DNA of 64,000 nt from Methanobacteriota archaeon (GTDB taxonomy: Archaea > Thermoplasmatota > Thermoplasmata > SG8-5 > JAGLSY01), in contig JAEHCQ010000005.1 of assembly GCA_020696385.1 (NCBI GenBank), forward strand, positions 8,311-72,310, in the 5' to 3' direction. Position 1 is the first letter of the stretch. Each line of letters starts with the position of its first letter. Shown piece by piece: positions 1 through 10,297 of this stretch. The notes under the pieces are model-generated. The model saw nothing but the letters and a program-made list of their open reading frames with translations, made no database searches and was not told where the DNA came from. A program made the translations under genes and the position numbers.

Positions 1-94
1 GTGATCGAGGGAGATCATTTACCAAGCAGGATACTTGCAAGTGATCGAGGGAGATCATTTACCAAGCAGGATGCTTGCAAATGATCTCGGTATA
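1..94 (-). repeat. 40-bp tandem duplication of the radical SAM gene 3' end (units 55-94, 15-54, partial 1-14)
   Basis: gtgatcgagggagatcatttaccaagcaggat(a/g)cttgcaa repeated with period 40; includes the stop codon. Confidence 0.9.
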
Positions 95-1788
95 CTCCAG
101 TAAAATGATTTACTGCTCCAATCCAGTTCTCTTTTATCCATGGTGGATGACTCGCTTATCGAGACAAGGTCCATCTCATCCTTTATCCTGGCCCTGGCCT
201 CATCCACAGTATTCGTCCTTATGGCCTCGTCCATGGTCTGGATGATATGTTTTGCCATCTTCGTACGCTCTTTCACGGCTTCAAGCGAGTCTGGTGATAT
301 CAGGCCAGCTTTTAATTTTGCCTCGCTCATCCTTATTCCGGATTCATAAGTGACATCCACTATGCCATCCCTATCCAGCCATTTTGTTTCGTAGTTGAGC
401 ACGTGCTTCCATGTCGGCTGCAGAAGCTGTTCCCTGTGTTCCTTCAGGGTGCGGGTGAATATTTTGTACCCCACCTTTTCGGGGTGATTGAAGGCGATGC
501 TTCCTGGATCGATAAAGGGAGCCAGAGGTGCGATAAATGGTGAGACCTTTCCAGTCTTGGCATGATCTTTGAGAAGTTTTTCCGAGTATTTGACGGTATC
601 CAGTACAGACTGACGGTCTTGTTTGGGAAGCCCGATCATGTAGAACACGTCCACACGATTCGCGCCTGCTTCCACCAGACCGTGTATGGACTTTTCAAGG
701 GACTGGTTGGTGTAATACCGCCCCTGTGCCTTCCTCACTTCTTCATCATGAGTGTCTGGAGATATTTGGGTGTCGAAGCTGTCAAAGGTCCTACCGATCT
801 GGCTCACAAGATCGCCAGATGGCGGTGAGAAGAACTCGATGGCGATATCATTCCTTGGTGGGTTATCCTTAAGCAACTTTAGCAACTGGCTATAATATTT
901 TTTGCCGGGCTGTTGTATGTCTCCTAACAGGAATATCGTGCCCCGTAGATAGCTGTCAACCTGATGAATGTCCTCAAGTATTTTTTCGGGTGATCGATAT
1001 GCTGGCTTCTCCCTACCGAAGTTCTTGATAAATGAATCGCATGCGCCCATGCAGGTGATGCACTGGAATACGCAACCACGCACGGTGCTGACCAGTGCCA
1101 TTGGCCTTCTCTTCCAATCCAGATAAGGGAGGTGACCGTCCAGGTCCATGCTCTTTATCACGCTCTTGACCATCCAGCCATAGTCAAACTCGATATCATC
1201 CAGAGTGTCCGGCACATGGGTTATTCCATTATTGATGATGCGACCATCAGAATTGCGATGTACAAGGTTAGGCACCTTGCCCAATTCCGGTGTTTTTCCC
1301 GCATCACTGGCTCGATCCAGTGCCTGAAAATAATCAAGCAAGGGCTTTTCAGTGGAATCTCCCAGGAAGACCGCATCTATGAAACTGTGGTCCTCCATCA
1401 TGTCCTTCCAGAAGAAAGATGAGCTGAAACCACCAAATATCAATTGAGAATTCGGGTGTTTTTCCTTTATGATCCTGCCGATCTCGATGGATCCATGTGC
1501 ATGTGGCATCCAGTGTAGATCTACCCCGAAGACACGCGAATCGATACCAGCCAGCAGCTTTTCCACATCCAGCTTTTTATTCTTCAGCATAAGGGCTGCG
1601 AGATTGAGAACTCGCACCTTGTAGCCTTGCTTGGATAGCATGCTGGCCATTGTTAAAAAACCAATTGGATACATCTCAAAAACAGGAGTTGAAGGGATAA
1701 CATCCGAGACTGGACCGTATAGTATACCATCCTTGCGGAAATCGTATATGCTGGGTGCATGTACCAACACCAGATCGTATCTCGCCAT
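55..1788 (-). CDS. B12-binding domain radical SAM protein (resembles Ta0216/TIGR04190 family)
   Basis: N-terminal cobalamin-binding-like region (YPIGFLTMASML, DLHWMPH) and CxxxCxxC motif RGCVFQCITC. Confidence 0.85.
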   Translation of the reverse strand: MARYDLVLVHAPSIYDFRKDGILYGPVSDVIPSTPVFEMYPIGFLTMASMLSKQGYKVRVLNLAALMLKNKKLDVEKLLAGIDSRVFGVDLHWMPHAHGSIEIGRIIKEKHPNSQLIFGGFSSSFFWKDMMEDHSFIDAVFLGDSTEKPLLDYFQALDRASDAGKTPELGKVPNLVHRNSDGRIINNGITHVPDTLDDIEFDYGWMVKSVIKSMDLDGHLPYLDWKRRPMALVSTVRGCVFQCITCMGACDSFIKNFGREKPAYRSPEKILEDIHQVDSYLRGTIFLLGDIQQPGKKYYSQLLKLLKDNPPRNDIAIEFFSPPSGDLVSQIGRTFDSFDTQISPDTHDEEVRKAQGRYYTNQSLEKSIHGLVEAGANRVDVFYMIGLPKQDRQSVLDTVKYSEKLLKDHAKTGKVSPFIAPLAPFIDPGSIAFNHPEKVGYKIFTRTLKEHREQLLQPTWKHVLNYETKWLDRDGIVDVTYESGIRMSEAKLKAGLISPDSLEAVKERTKMAKHIIQTMDEAIRTNTVDEARARIKDEMDLVSISESSTMDKRELDWSSKSFYWSIPRSFASILLGK

Positions 1789-1878
1789 TCCATCGCTCCT
1801 TTATATGCAGTATCTTATTCTTCATCCAAGAGGTCACATGCCAGTTTCTATCACTGGCATGTTTTCCTGGTTTTGGGT

Positions 1879-2223
1879 TTAATAGGAAGTATTGGGAACC
1901 AGGCACAGGAATTTCATCGTGCCTGTTGGTCCATTTTTGAACTGATGCATGTCATTGGGCGGCACCAGCAGAACATCGCCTGCCTTCAGTGGTTCCTCAC
2001 CCTTCTCGGTGACGAACTTACCCTCGCCTTCCACAACGAATACCTCATGTTCCCAGTCATGCTTGTGGTAGGGTGTGTGACCACCTGGCCCCATTGTGAA
2101 CATTCTCATGGCGAAATTGGGCGAATTATCGTCCTTGCTTATCAGCCAGCGTATCGTGGTGTCCTTCACGCCTTCCATGTGCACTTCCTTCTCGTCAATG
2201 TCCGTGTAATGAACGTGTTTCAT
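1879..2223 (-). CDS. cupin domain protein
   Basis: Cupin motifs PGGHTPYHKHDWEHEVFVVEGEG and GDVLLVPPNDMHQF. Confidence 0.9.
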   Translation of the reverse strand: MKHVHYTDIDEKEVHMEGVKDTTIRWLISKDDNSPNFAMRMFTMGPGGHTPYHKHDWEHEVFVVEGEGKFVTEKGEEPLKAGDVLLVPPNDMHQFKNGPTGTMKFLCLVPNTSY

Positions 2224-2293
2224 CTTTGTATCCTCCTTTCAATTACTTCATGATCTTTATTTTATATATATGTTATGTGCAGTATATTATTGT

Positions 2294-3220
2294 TTATATA
2301 TTAAATCGCATATTATTCTTTTCTGCGCGAGCCAGTACATCATCCCATATTGGAATATTTTCCTGCGGCCCCTTGTTCTCCAGAGCAAAACTGGCAGTGA
2401 CTGCGGCCAAGTTCGCACTCTCCTCCAGACCATATCCTCTTGATAGGCCAGCATAGAATCCGGCGCGGTAGGAATCACCCGCGCCAGTTGGATCGACCAC
2501 TGCACCGGGCTTAACAACCGGAATGTCCAGTATCTGATTGCGAGTCAATATCTGGCTGCCCTCTTTTCCCTTTGTCAGGATGAGCATATCGACATGATCC
2601 AGTAGTTCCTCCTTGGAGCCTAACTCCATGTACTTCAGAGCGGTCTTCATCTCATTCTGATTGGCAAAGAACACATCCGCCATATCCAAAAGTCTGCGGA
2701 AGCTGGCAGGGGTGTAAACATAATGTATTTCCTGTGCGGGATCGAAGTATATTCGCCGGCCTTTCTCTCGTGAGGCCAGCATTATCTTTTCATAATATTC
2801 CGGACGCCCAGTTCCGATGTGGATGTTCTCACACGAGTCCACGGTATGACTGGCCACTGGAAAATCACCCATAACCTTCATGGGTCCCTGGTCCATGAAG
2901 GCCACTTGGTTCTGCTCTGTGTCTGTCATGATCCAACATGTCGGTGTTGTGTAGTTCTCCATCTCCATCAGGTCAGTTAGGTCAAGGCCCTCATCAGCCA
3001 GTGCTTTGCGGAAATGCTCCGGGAAGTCCCTGCCCACAAAGGAAGCCAATGATGTTCCAACACCAAACTTGGCTGCCCATCTGGCTATATTGGCACCTGT
3101 GCCTCCATAGTACATGCGCTTTGTATCCACTTCGATACTGGTATTCGGTTCCGGCAGTTTGGGAAGCTCCAGTATGAAATCCAGGTTCACATGGCCGAAT
3201 ACTCCAATGAAATTATTCAT
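2294..3220 (-). CDS. PfkB/ribokinase family kinase (probable nucleoside kinase)
   Basis: GGTGANIA and DPTGAGDSYRAG PfkB signatures. Confidence 0.9.
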   Translation of the reverse strand: MNNFIGVFGHVNLDFILELPKLPEPNTSIEVDTKRMYYGGTGANIARWAAKFGVGTSLASFVGRDFPEHFRKALADEGLDLTDLMEMENYTTPTCWIMTDTEQNQVAFMDQGPMKVMGDFPVASHTVDSCENIHIGTGRPEYYEKIMLASREKGRRIYFDPAQEIHYVYTPASFRRLLDMADVFFANQNEMKTALKYMELGSKEELLDHVDMLILTKGKEGSQILTRNQILDIPVVKPGAVVDPTGAGDSYRAGFYAGLSRGYGLEESANLAAVTASFALENKGPQENIPIWDDVLARAEKNNMRFNI

Positions 3221-3867
3221 AATAATTCCTCCATCATCGCCACAATATCACTGAATGTGTTAAAAGGATTGTGCTCTATATTTTCAGAGCGCAAGTGATT
3301 TGCCAGTCTCTTTTTCGCATATACGATATCAGCCTTTTTTGCCGGGCAGAAATCAGATCTTCCATCACCAATGTAGATGATGGTCTTTCCTTTCTTCTTC
3401 TGCTCTTCCAGAAAACTGGTCTTGCAGTTCCCGCATTTACCGCATTTGCCATCCTCCACCTCGCTGAAGAAGTTTATCTGGATGCCATCATCATCAGAGA
3501 ATACGCTTTCATTCACACGGGTAGGAATATCCAACCCCCTGCCAAACAGCATATGATCGATATAGAAATTCAGACCCTCACTAACTATCGTGATAGGAAT
3601 ATCATTTATCCTGCAAAAGTCTACAAAATATGTGAAGGTGGGGTCTATTCGCATATTATTATCTATAAAATCAAATAATATGTCCTCGGATACATCCACA
3701 TTGGAGAATTGGGCCTCTAGTTCCTCACGAGATGAGATTGTTCCAGCAATATATTGATCTTCGATATTCTTCCAATCGATCGTGCTAAACTCCTTGATAA
3801 TGGAGGCAGCAACATCCCTATCGGTGATGGTCCCATCAAAATCACACAATACCGTGTATGGCCCCAT
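3217..3867 (-). CDS. HAD-IB phosphatase, MtnX-like
   Basis: CDFDGTIT motif I, CGNCK, YIGDGRSDFCPA motif IV. Confidence 0.85.
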   Translation of the reverse strand: MGPYTVLCDFDGTITDRDVAASIIKEFSTIDWKNIEDQYIAGTISSREELEAQFSNVDVSEDILFDFIDNNMRIDPTFTYFVDFCRINDIPITIVSEGLNFYIDHMLFGRGLDIPTRVNESVFSDDDGIQINFFSEVEDGKCGKCGNCKTSFLEEQKKKGKTIIYIGDGRSDFCPAKKADIVYAKKRLANHLRSENIEHNPFNTFSDIVAMMEELL

Positions 3868-3887
3868 CAGACACCCCTGGGTAAGGC

Positions 3888-5129
3888 TTACGTGCCCTCA
3901 TTCCATGATGCAAGGTATTTCACCTGCTCTGTCGTGGATGTGTCGATGGATATGTTCATGGCCTTCAGCTTGAGCCTGGCAACCATGTCATCCATTTCAG
4001 GAGGCACATCATAAACCTTTGGCTCCAGTTCCTTGTAGTGAGTTGCCACTCTCTCTGCGCATAATGCCTGCGTGGCGAAGCTCATGTCCATGATCTCGAC
4101 TGGATGACCCTGACCAACAGCCAAGTTCACAAGGCGACCTTCGCCGAGTAAGTAGACCTTATTTCCATTTTTCAATTCGTATTCATCCACCAGGCCCCTT
4201 ACCTGTTTCTTGCTCACGGAATACGCATCCAGCGCATCCTTGGATATCTCATTGTCAAAGTGACCGGAATTAGCCAGCACGCATTTGTCCTTCATGGCCT
4301 CCAGGTGGCTCTGATCGATTATGTCCTTGCACCCCGTAACTGAAACCACCATATCCGCGGTCTTCACAGCCTCGATCATTGGCATGACATCGAAGCCATC
4401 CATCCTGGCCTCCACGGCCTTGACTGGGTCTATCTCGGTGATACAAACATTACCGCCCATTCCCTGCATCCTCATGGCGATACCGCGACCACACCAGCCG
4501 TAACCAGCAACCACGATCCTCTTACCTGCGAGCGTGAGATTTGTCGCTGTCAGTATACCATCCACAGTGGACTGGCCAGTACCATATCGATTGTCAAAAA
4601 GATACTTCATCTTTGCATTATTTACTGCAAAGACCGGGAACTTCAGCATCCCTTCAGCTTCCATTGCCTTCAATCTTATGATGCCAGTTGTTGTTTCCTC
4701 ATTGCCGCCCATTATGTTCGGCAGCATATCCTTGTACTTCGTGTGTAGAAGGAGGATCAGATCACCGCCATCGTCGATAGTGATGTCGGGATTCAGACCC
4801 AGCACCGAATACAGGTTCTCATAATATTCATCATTGGACTCTCCCTTCTTTGCAAAGGTCTCCAATCCGAATTCCTCATTGAGAGCCAGTGACACGGAAT
4901 CATCCGTGGACAATGGATTACAACTGGCCAAACGGACTTTGGCTCCAGCATTCTGAAGTGTCATTGCAAGAATTCCAGTCTTGGCCTCAACATGAAGTGC
5001 CATACCGATTTTCAATCCTTCCAATGCGCCATTATCTATCAATCTTTTTTCGATCTCGTCAAGAACATGCATATGTGTCTTGGCCCAATTCAATCTCTCA
5101 ATACCTTTCTGAAGTAACTGGCTAGTCAT
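3888..5129 (-). CDS. ahcY: adenosylhomocysteinase
   Basis: SCNPLST, EETTTG, KYLFDNRYGTGQS, GYGWCGRG, GEGRLVNL..GHP. Confidence 0.97.
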   Translation of the reverse strand: MTSQLLQKGIERLNWAKTHMHVLDEIEKRLIDNGALEGLKIGMALHVEAKTGILAMTLQNAGAKVRLASCNPLSTDDSVSLALNEEFGLETFAKKGESNDEYYENLYSVLGLNPDITIDDGGDLILLLHTKYKDMLPNIMGGNEETTTGIIRLKAMEAEGMLKFPVFAVNNAKMKYLFDNRYGTGQSTVDGILTATNLTLAGKRIVVAGYGWCGRGIAMRMQGMGGNVCITEIDPVKAVEARMDGFDVMPMIEAVKTADMVVSVTGCKDIIDQSHLEAMKDKCVLANSGHFDNEISKDALDAYSVSKKQVRGLVDEYELKNGNKVYLLGEGRLVNLAVGQGHPVEIMDMSFATQALCAERVATHYKELEPKVYDVPPEMDDMVARLKLKAMNISIDTSTTEQVKYLASWNEGT

Positions 5130-5202
5130 TCTGAAATCACCTGATATATTTCATTATACCACGAGGTATTGGATAATGGTTCATAATGGTTTAGTTATGA
5201 GA

Positions 5203-6105
5203 TCATTCTTTTGCCAGGTCTATCTTGGCCTTCCATTCATCCCTCTTGGAGACCAGCTGTTCGGCATTCTCATTTACCTCGCCAGCAGCCTCAATGAGAT
5301 AGTCCACCAGTTCAATAATAGATTCCTTGGTCGGATTATTGTGATCCATTCCAGCTCTGGCCACTTCCTCACGTAATATACGTCCAGCCTTGACCGAGTT
5401 CCCATAAAGCTCGGAGAACTCGTAAATTATCAGATCCACAACACCCACCAGTGTGTCACGCTCGCCCTGGTCACCGATCCTCTTGATGGTGAGATCCCTT
5501 ATTCTATCAAAGAAGGGGTCCTTGGCCCTGTTGGTGTAATATGTAAGATGTACCATGGTCTTGAAGGCGTCTTCAACCTTTTCCCCGGTCTTCGCACTGG
5601 AAAGGAACCATGTGTTCAGGTCATCTGGCAGGTTCTCTTTCATACCATGATTGTAATTCTTCTCATACCTGGAGAAGATATCGACAGCATCCATGACCTT
5701 GTCCTCACTGGCAATATCTGATTTATTGGCAATGAAAACTATCGGCAGGTTGATACTACCCAGTGTTCGAAGTAAGAGTGGTATCCAGTATTTTTCCATG
5801 TTCTTTATGGTATCCGTACGTGTGAGATCTCCGACAATTATTATACCCTGGGCACCCACCATCTGTCTGGCCTGGGCGGACATATAACCTTCACGACCCA
5901 GCATATCCCAGATCATGAGGTTCATCATTACCTCTTCACCCTCAAGATTGAGCTTCATCTCCTTCTTGCTCACCTTGGTTCCTATCGTGGAGATGTAGGT
6001 ATCATCGAATTCCTCATGAACGAATTTTCTTATCAAACTTGTCTTCCCTACTGCTGAATCCCCCAAAAGGACTATTTTCTTGGCAAATTTCTTCATACGA
6101 ACCAC
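5203..6105 (-). CDS. Rab-like small GTPase with C-terminal helical extension
   Basis: G1 GDSAVGKTS, G2 STIG, G3 IWDMLG, G4 NKSD, G5 SAKTG; about 110 extra C-terminal residues. Confidence 0.9.
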   Translation of the reverse strand: MVRMKKFAKKIVLLGDSAVGKTSLIRKFVHEEFDDTYISTIGTKVSKKEMKLNLEGEEVMMNLMIWDMLGREGYMSAQARQMVGAQGIIIVGDLTRTDTIKNMEKYWIPLLLRTLGSINLPIVFIANKSDIASEDKVMDAVDIFSRYEKNYNHGMKENLPDDLNTWFLSSAKTGEKVEDAFKTMVHLTYYTNRAKDPFFDRIRDLTIKRIGDQGERDTLVGVVDLIIYEFSELYGNSVKAGRILREEVARAGMDHNNPTKESIIELVDYLIEAAGEVNENAEQLVSKRDEWKAKIDLAKE

Positions 6106-6155
6106 CTGAATAATTAACTAAGTGAGCATTGCTAAGAACGTATTTATAATTAATG

Positions 6156-6905
6156 TCAAACCAGAGCAGATAAATTCTCGGATATCTCCCTCTCTGTTTC
6201 CTTCAAATTGGCCAGGTTGTCGAAGTCTGCCAGTATTTTCTGGAGGTCTGATCCGCCCATGCCCTTGAGCTTCTCCATATTCTGCATGAGCAGGGGAATT
6301 GCTCTTGTAAGCTCATCCGCAAGAGTGATAGTAGCTGTCTTTGAGCTCCTGGACATCGGATTTATATCGATCACAATTGTCTTCTTACCCATGTCGACCA
6401 GTGCCTTTGCCCGATCTCCATCTTCAAGTGGCACAAGTATGACATCCGCCGAAAATATCCCTTCGTCACAGCATAATGACCTGGCATGATCTATACCGGG
6501 TATCTGCTTCCCGGGATCTGCTCCCAACACATTTTTCGCCCCTCTTTCCTCAAGATATTTTGTCAGGCCAGCTATTCTTTCTTCAGTTCTGTAAAAAAGA
6601 TTTATCTCCAAGGGAGCTTCCGCGAGCTTGGACAGCTTGACAAGATCCTCGGCAGCCAGTACCGCCGTGTTTCCATTTACGGAGATCACAGGATGCTTTG
6701 CAGAAAGCAGTAATGCAGCAGCGGCCAATGAAGCCTTCTGAGCAGATGGTAAGGTCTTTTCCCCCATGAGATAATCAAAGGCCTCACCCCGGCCATGAGC
6801 GATGAGGCCAGCTTCAGCCACCAATCCATCTCTGACACCCTCAATTATCAACTCTCTTTTCTTCAGAGATTCGTATCTTGGATGTGATTTGGGAACTGCC
6901 ATCAT
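6156..6905 (-). CDS. 4-phosphopantoate--beta-alanine ligase (archaeal phosphopantothenate synthetase)
   Basis: PKSHPRYESL, GLIAHGRGEAFDYL, SVNGN, VPLEDGDR; start set at MMAVPK, shorter than the ORF track. Confidence 0.92.
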   Translation of the reverse strand: MMAVPKSHPRYESLKKRELIIEGVRDGLVAEAGLIAHGRGEAFDYLMGEKTLPSAQKASLAAAALLLSAKHPVISVNGNTAVLAAEDLVKLSKLAEAPLEINLFYRTEERIAGLTKYLEERGAKNVLGADPGKQIPGIDHARSLCCDEGIFSADVILVPLEDGDRAKALVDMGKKTIVIDINPMSRSSKTATITLADELTRAIPLLMQNMEKLKGMGGSDLQKILADFDNLANLKETEREISENLSALV

Positions 6906-7366
6906 AGGATAATTGGATATAAGAGTTATAATACTATTGAATGGTCCCCAAGCTTTAATACCTAAGGTATTGGCTTGGGATATATTCAATGAAGGGGCCA
7001 ATGGTCTGTCCATTGAGGCCCCTCCAGGATTAGATTTAAATACGAGAAGCACTAATAGGTATTCAGCAAATTCACAAAAGAAGGAACGGCATTTGCTCAT
7101 TTCACAGATATCACAGATCACGATCATTGAATTGAGATGGGAATCAATTCCAGAATAGCCAGGGGCGAAATATGGACCTCATGCTAAACTGCGAGTGCGA
7201 TAGCTAGCCAGAATCTTTTGTTAGAGAAGGAACTTTGAAAAATTCAAAGCAGAATAAAAATCAAAATTGAATAAAAATCAATAAAAAAGGAATTTGAAAA
7301 CGAGAGCAAGGCGATTGTTTTCAAGATTTCGAAATAAATAAAAAACATAAGGAGAAATCGAAAAAT

Positions 7367-8680
7367 ATGATGTTAGATCCAAGTACTACAAAATATCAGA
7401 TAAAGATCAAGATACATGCCGAGGGCGTTGTGGACAAACCAGACGTTGTAGGCGCTATATTCGGACAGACCGAGGGACTCCTCGGAGAGGAACTCGACCT
7501 AAGAGATCTGCAAAAGAGCGGAAGAATAGGCCGAATTGAAGTTGACATAAACTCCAACAGGGGCAAGGCAGATGGCGAGGTATTAATCCCATCCAGCCTG
7601 GATCAGGTGGAGACAGCCATCATGGCTTCGGCATTGGAAACAATAGACCGAATCGGCCCATGTAAGGCTAAGATGACCGTTGTAGCTATAGAAGATGTTA
7701 GAGTTACAAAGAGGAGCAAGATCGTCGATCGTGCAAAGGAACTTCTCGCAGATATCATAGAGGACTCAAAGGAAACAAGCACCAACCTCGCAGATTCTGT
7801 AAGGGAGAGCGTGCAGATCCATGAGATACTCACCTATGGGCCAGATAGATGCCCGGCCGGACCAAATGTAGGAAGTTCGGATGCCATACTTGTTGTCGAA
7901 GGAAGAAATGATGTTACCAATCTTTTGAAAGCCGGTATCAAGCATGCGATCGCTGTTGAGGGAACAAATGTCCCGGATACCATAAAGGAACTGTCCACCG
8001 AGAGGGTTGTAACAGCCTTTGTGGATGGAGATCGTGGCGGAGAGCTTGTCCTCAGAGAATTGCTGCAGGTCGCAGAGGTTGATTTCATAGCCAGAGCACC
8101 AAAGGGAAAAGAGGTCGAGGAATTGACCAGCAAGCAGATCATGAAGTCACTCAGGAACAAGGTTCCAGCCGAGCAGTTCATGGAAATGTCTGGAATGGAC
8201 AGCACTGGCATGAAGAAGAGTGGCAGCAATGGGAATGGCAGTGTCCCAGAGCAGAAAAAGCAGCCAGATAAAGGAGGAGCGAAGAAGAAAGATATGCCTC
8301 CTTCAAAGGACAGAAAGGCAAAGGCCCCAGTGGCCAGTAAGCCAAAGCCAAAGGAAGCTCCAAAGAAACCAGCCAATAATTTGTCAGATGCACAGAATGA
8401 TTACAAGAAGTCATTCGAAGAGATATCTGGAAAGTCCAAGGCAAGGATCATTGGAAGCAAGAAAAATCTCATTGCCGAGATCCCTATAAAGGATCTCGCA
8501 GAGACACTGAAGGCACAGGGAAAGGACATTGAAACTGTGATATTTGACGGCATAATCACACAGCGCATACTGGATATTGCCAGCGAGCAGAAGATTGGTG
8601 TAATAGTAGCTACAAAGATCGGAAATGTCTCCAAACAGCCGACAGGTTTAACTATACTTACAAAGAATGATCTATCGTGA
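7367..8680 (+). CDS. dnaG: archaeal DnaG (TOPRIM; primase-like/exosome-associated)
   Basis: DVVGAIFGQTEGLLG, VVEGRNDV, DGDRGG; AGGAGA RBS upstream. Confidence 0.95.
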   Translation: MMLDPSTTKYQIKIKIHAEGVVDKPDVVGAIFGQTEGLLGEELDLRDLQKSGRIGRIEVDINSNRGKADGEVLIPSSLDQVETAIMASALETIDRIGPCKAKMTVVAIEDVRVTKRSKIVDRAKELLADIIEDSKETSTNLADSVRESVQIHEILTYGPDRCPAGPNVGSSDAILVVEGRNDVTNLLKAGIKHAIAVEGTNVPDTIKELSTERVVTAFVDGDRGGELVLRELLQVAEVDFIARAPKGKEVEELTSKQIMKSLRNKVPAEQFMEMSGMDSTGMKKSGSNGNGSVPEQKKQPDKGGAKKKDMPPSKDRKAKAPVASKPKPKEAPKKPANNLSDAQNDYKKSFEEISGKSKARIIGSKKNLIAEIPIKDLAETLKAQGKDIETVIFDGIITQRILDIASEQKIGVIVATKIGNVSKQPTGLTILTKNDLS

Positions 8681-8736
8681 TCATTGTCTACTAGTATGGT
8701 AGATACCATCTCAAATATAGAAAAAGAGATAATAAC

Positions 8737-10260
8737 ATGGAATCGGACCAGGATATGAGTTCGGATGTGGAAACATCCAGCATAGAGACCTCGGCAGATA
8801 TTAAGATCCCGAGGGATCCTCTCAAGAGGGTCATTGGCCAGCCAGAGGCAGTTGAACTTGCGTCAATTGCAGCGAGGCAGAGAAGACATCTTCTTCTGGT
8901 TGGCCCTCCTGGAACCGGTAAGTCCATGGTGGCTCAGGCTTTGGCTTTACATCTTAAGAAGCCAGAGGAGGAGATACGTGTTGTTCACAATCCGGAAAAT
9001 CCAGAGCGGCCTCTCATTCAGGTAAGGACAAGAGAAACCATCATTGACGAGGTAGAAGAAGAAGATATCTCGGAGGGAGAGATCATTGATCCAAAGGCCG
9101 CGCCAGTTCATGTAGCGGAAAAACTGGGATACAAGTGCTCCAATTGTGGTACATATTCCCCACCAAAGGATTTTTTCTGTCCCAAATGCTCAGAATCAAA
9201 GGTTTCCGGAATGTCCCATGTCGACAAGAGATTTGGAGATATAGTGGGGCTTGTGGGTGCAGCTGCTTTCAAGGGTTTTGAGGGTAATGAAAGAATTACC
9301 ATGACCCGAAAGCGATATGGCAAGGAAGAGATCGTGATATATGAGAGATCAGGGGACATGATCAAGATCCTCGACCAGAAGGTTCTCGAGAAGCGAAGAG
9401 AAATGGAAAAGGTGAGCCCCAGCAAGAGGCTAGTCGGTATCAACAGGAACCCATTTGTTCTGGCAACAGGAGCCAGCGAGACCGAACTTCTGGGTGATGT
9501 CAGGCATGACCCATATGGTTCACACCCGCAATTGGGAACTCCGCCCTATGAAAGAGTGGTTGCTGGTTCCATACACGAGGCGCATGAAGGCGTTCTTTTC
9601 ATTGATGAATTGCCACACCTCGGGCATATGCAAAGATACATATTGACTGCGATGCAGGAGAAAAGATTTCCAATAAATGGAAGGAACCCTCAAAGCGCGG
9701 GAGCAAGTGTCAAGGTGAACAGCGTTCCTTGTAATTTCATTTTCATCGGAGCATGCAATATTCAGGATCTGGAATACATACTATCACCCTTGAGATCCAG
9801 AATAATCGGTTCAGGATACGAGGTATTGATGGAATCCACAATGGACGACAATGAGCATAATCGCGGCCTATTGATGCAGTTCATCGCCCAGGAGATATAC
9901 GTGGATGACAGGATCCCTCATGCGACCAGAGGAGCTATTGAGGAGATCATAGAGGATGCAGTCAGAAGGGCCAAGAGATACGATAACAAGGAAGATTCAT
10001 TAACTCTGAGGTTGAGAGAGCTGGGCGGTCTTATACGCACAGCGGGTGACATAGCGATCACCAATAAGGACGAGCTCATTAAAACAGAGGACATAAGGCT
10101 TGCTCTCAAAAGAAGCAAGACGGTCGAAGAGCAGATCAGGGAGAAGTATGGCTCATACGAGAAGGGAGTTGCCAGTGACATGAGCACGGCACAGAGGAGC
10201 AAATCCCCGTACCATTATTGGAATGAGCATCAGTATGACGATAAGATAGGATATGGATAA
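8737..10260 (+). CDS. LonB-type AAA+ ATPase lacking the protease domain, with zinc-ribbon insert
   Basis: VIGQPEAV, Walker A GPPGTGKS, LLGDVRHDPY, Walker B VLFIDE, LRLRELGGLIR; CSNC..CPKC insert; ends without an S16 domain. Confidence 0.85.
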   Translation: MESDQDMSSDVETSSIETSADIKIPRDPLKRVIGQPEAVELASIAARQRRHLLLVGPPGTGKSMVAQALALHLKKPEEEIRVVHNPENPERPLIQVRTRETIIDEVEEEDISEGEIIDPKAAPVHVAEKLGYKCSNCGTYSPPKDFFCPKCSESKVSGMSHVDKRFGDIVGLVGAAAFKGFEGNERITMTRKRYGKEEIVIYERSGDMIKILDQKVLEKRREMEKVSPSKRLVGINRNPFVLATGASETELLGDVRHDPYGSHPQLGTPPYERVVAGSIHEAHEGVLFIDELPHLGHMQRYILTAMQEKRFPINGRNPQSAGASVKVNSVPCNFIFIGACNIQDLEYILSPLRSRIIGSGYEVLMESTMDDNEHNRGLLMQFIAQEIYVDDRIPHATRGAIEEIIEDAVRRAKRYDNKEDSLTLRLRELGGLIRTAGDIAITNKDELIKTEDIRLALKRSKTVEEQIREKYGSYEKGVASDMSTAQRSKSPYHYWNEHQYDDKIGYG

Positions 10261-10297
10261 ATTCATTTATCATTCATATTCTCTACAGATTATCAGC

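Noticed and set aside
6906-7127. N-terminal extension of phosphopantothenate synthetase in the ORF track
   Set aside because: Family similarity starts at MAVPKSHPRY; the upstream part is promoter DNA containing a hairpin at about 6993-7023 of unknown significance.
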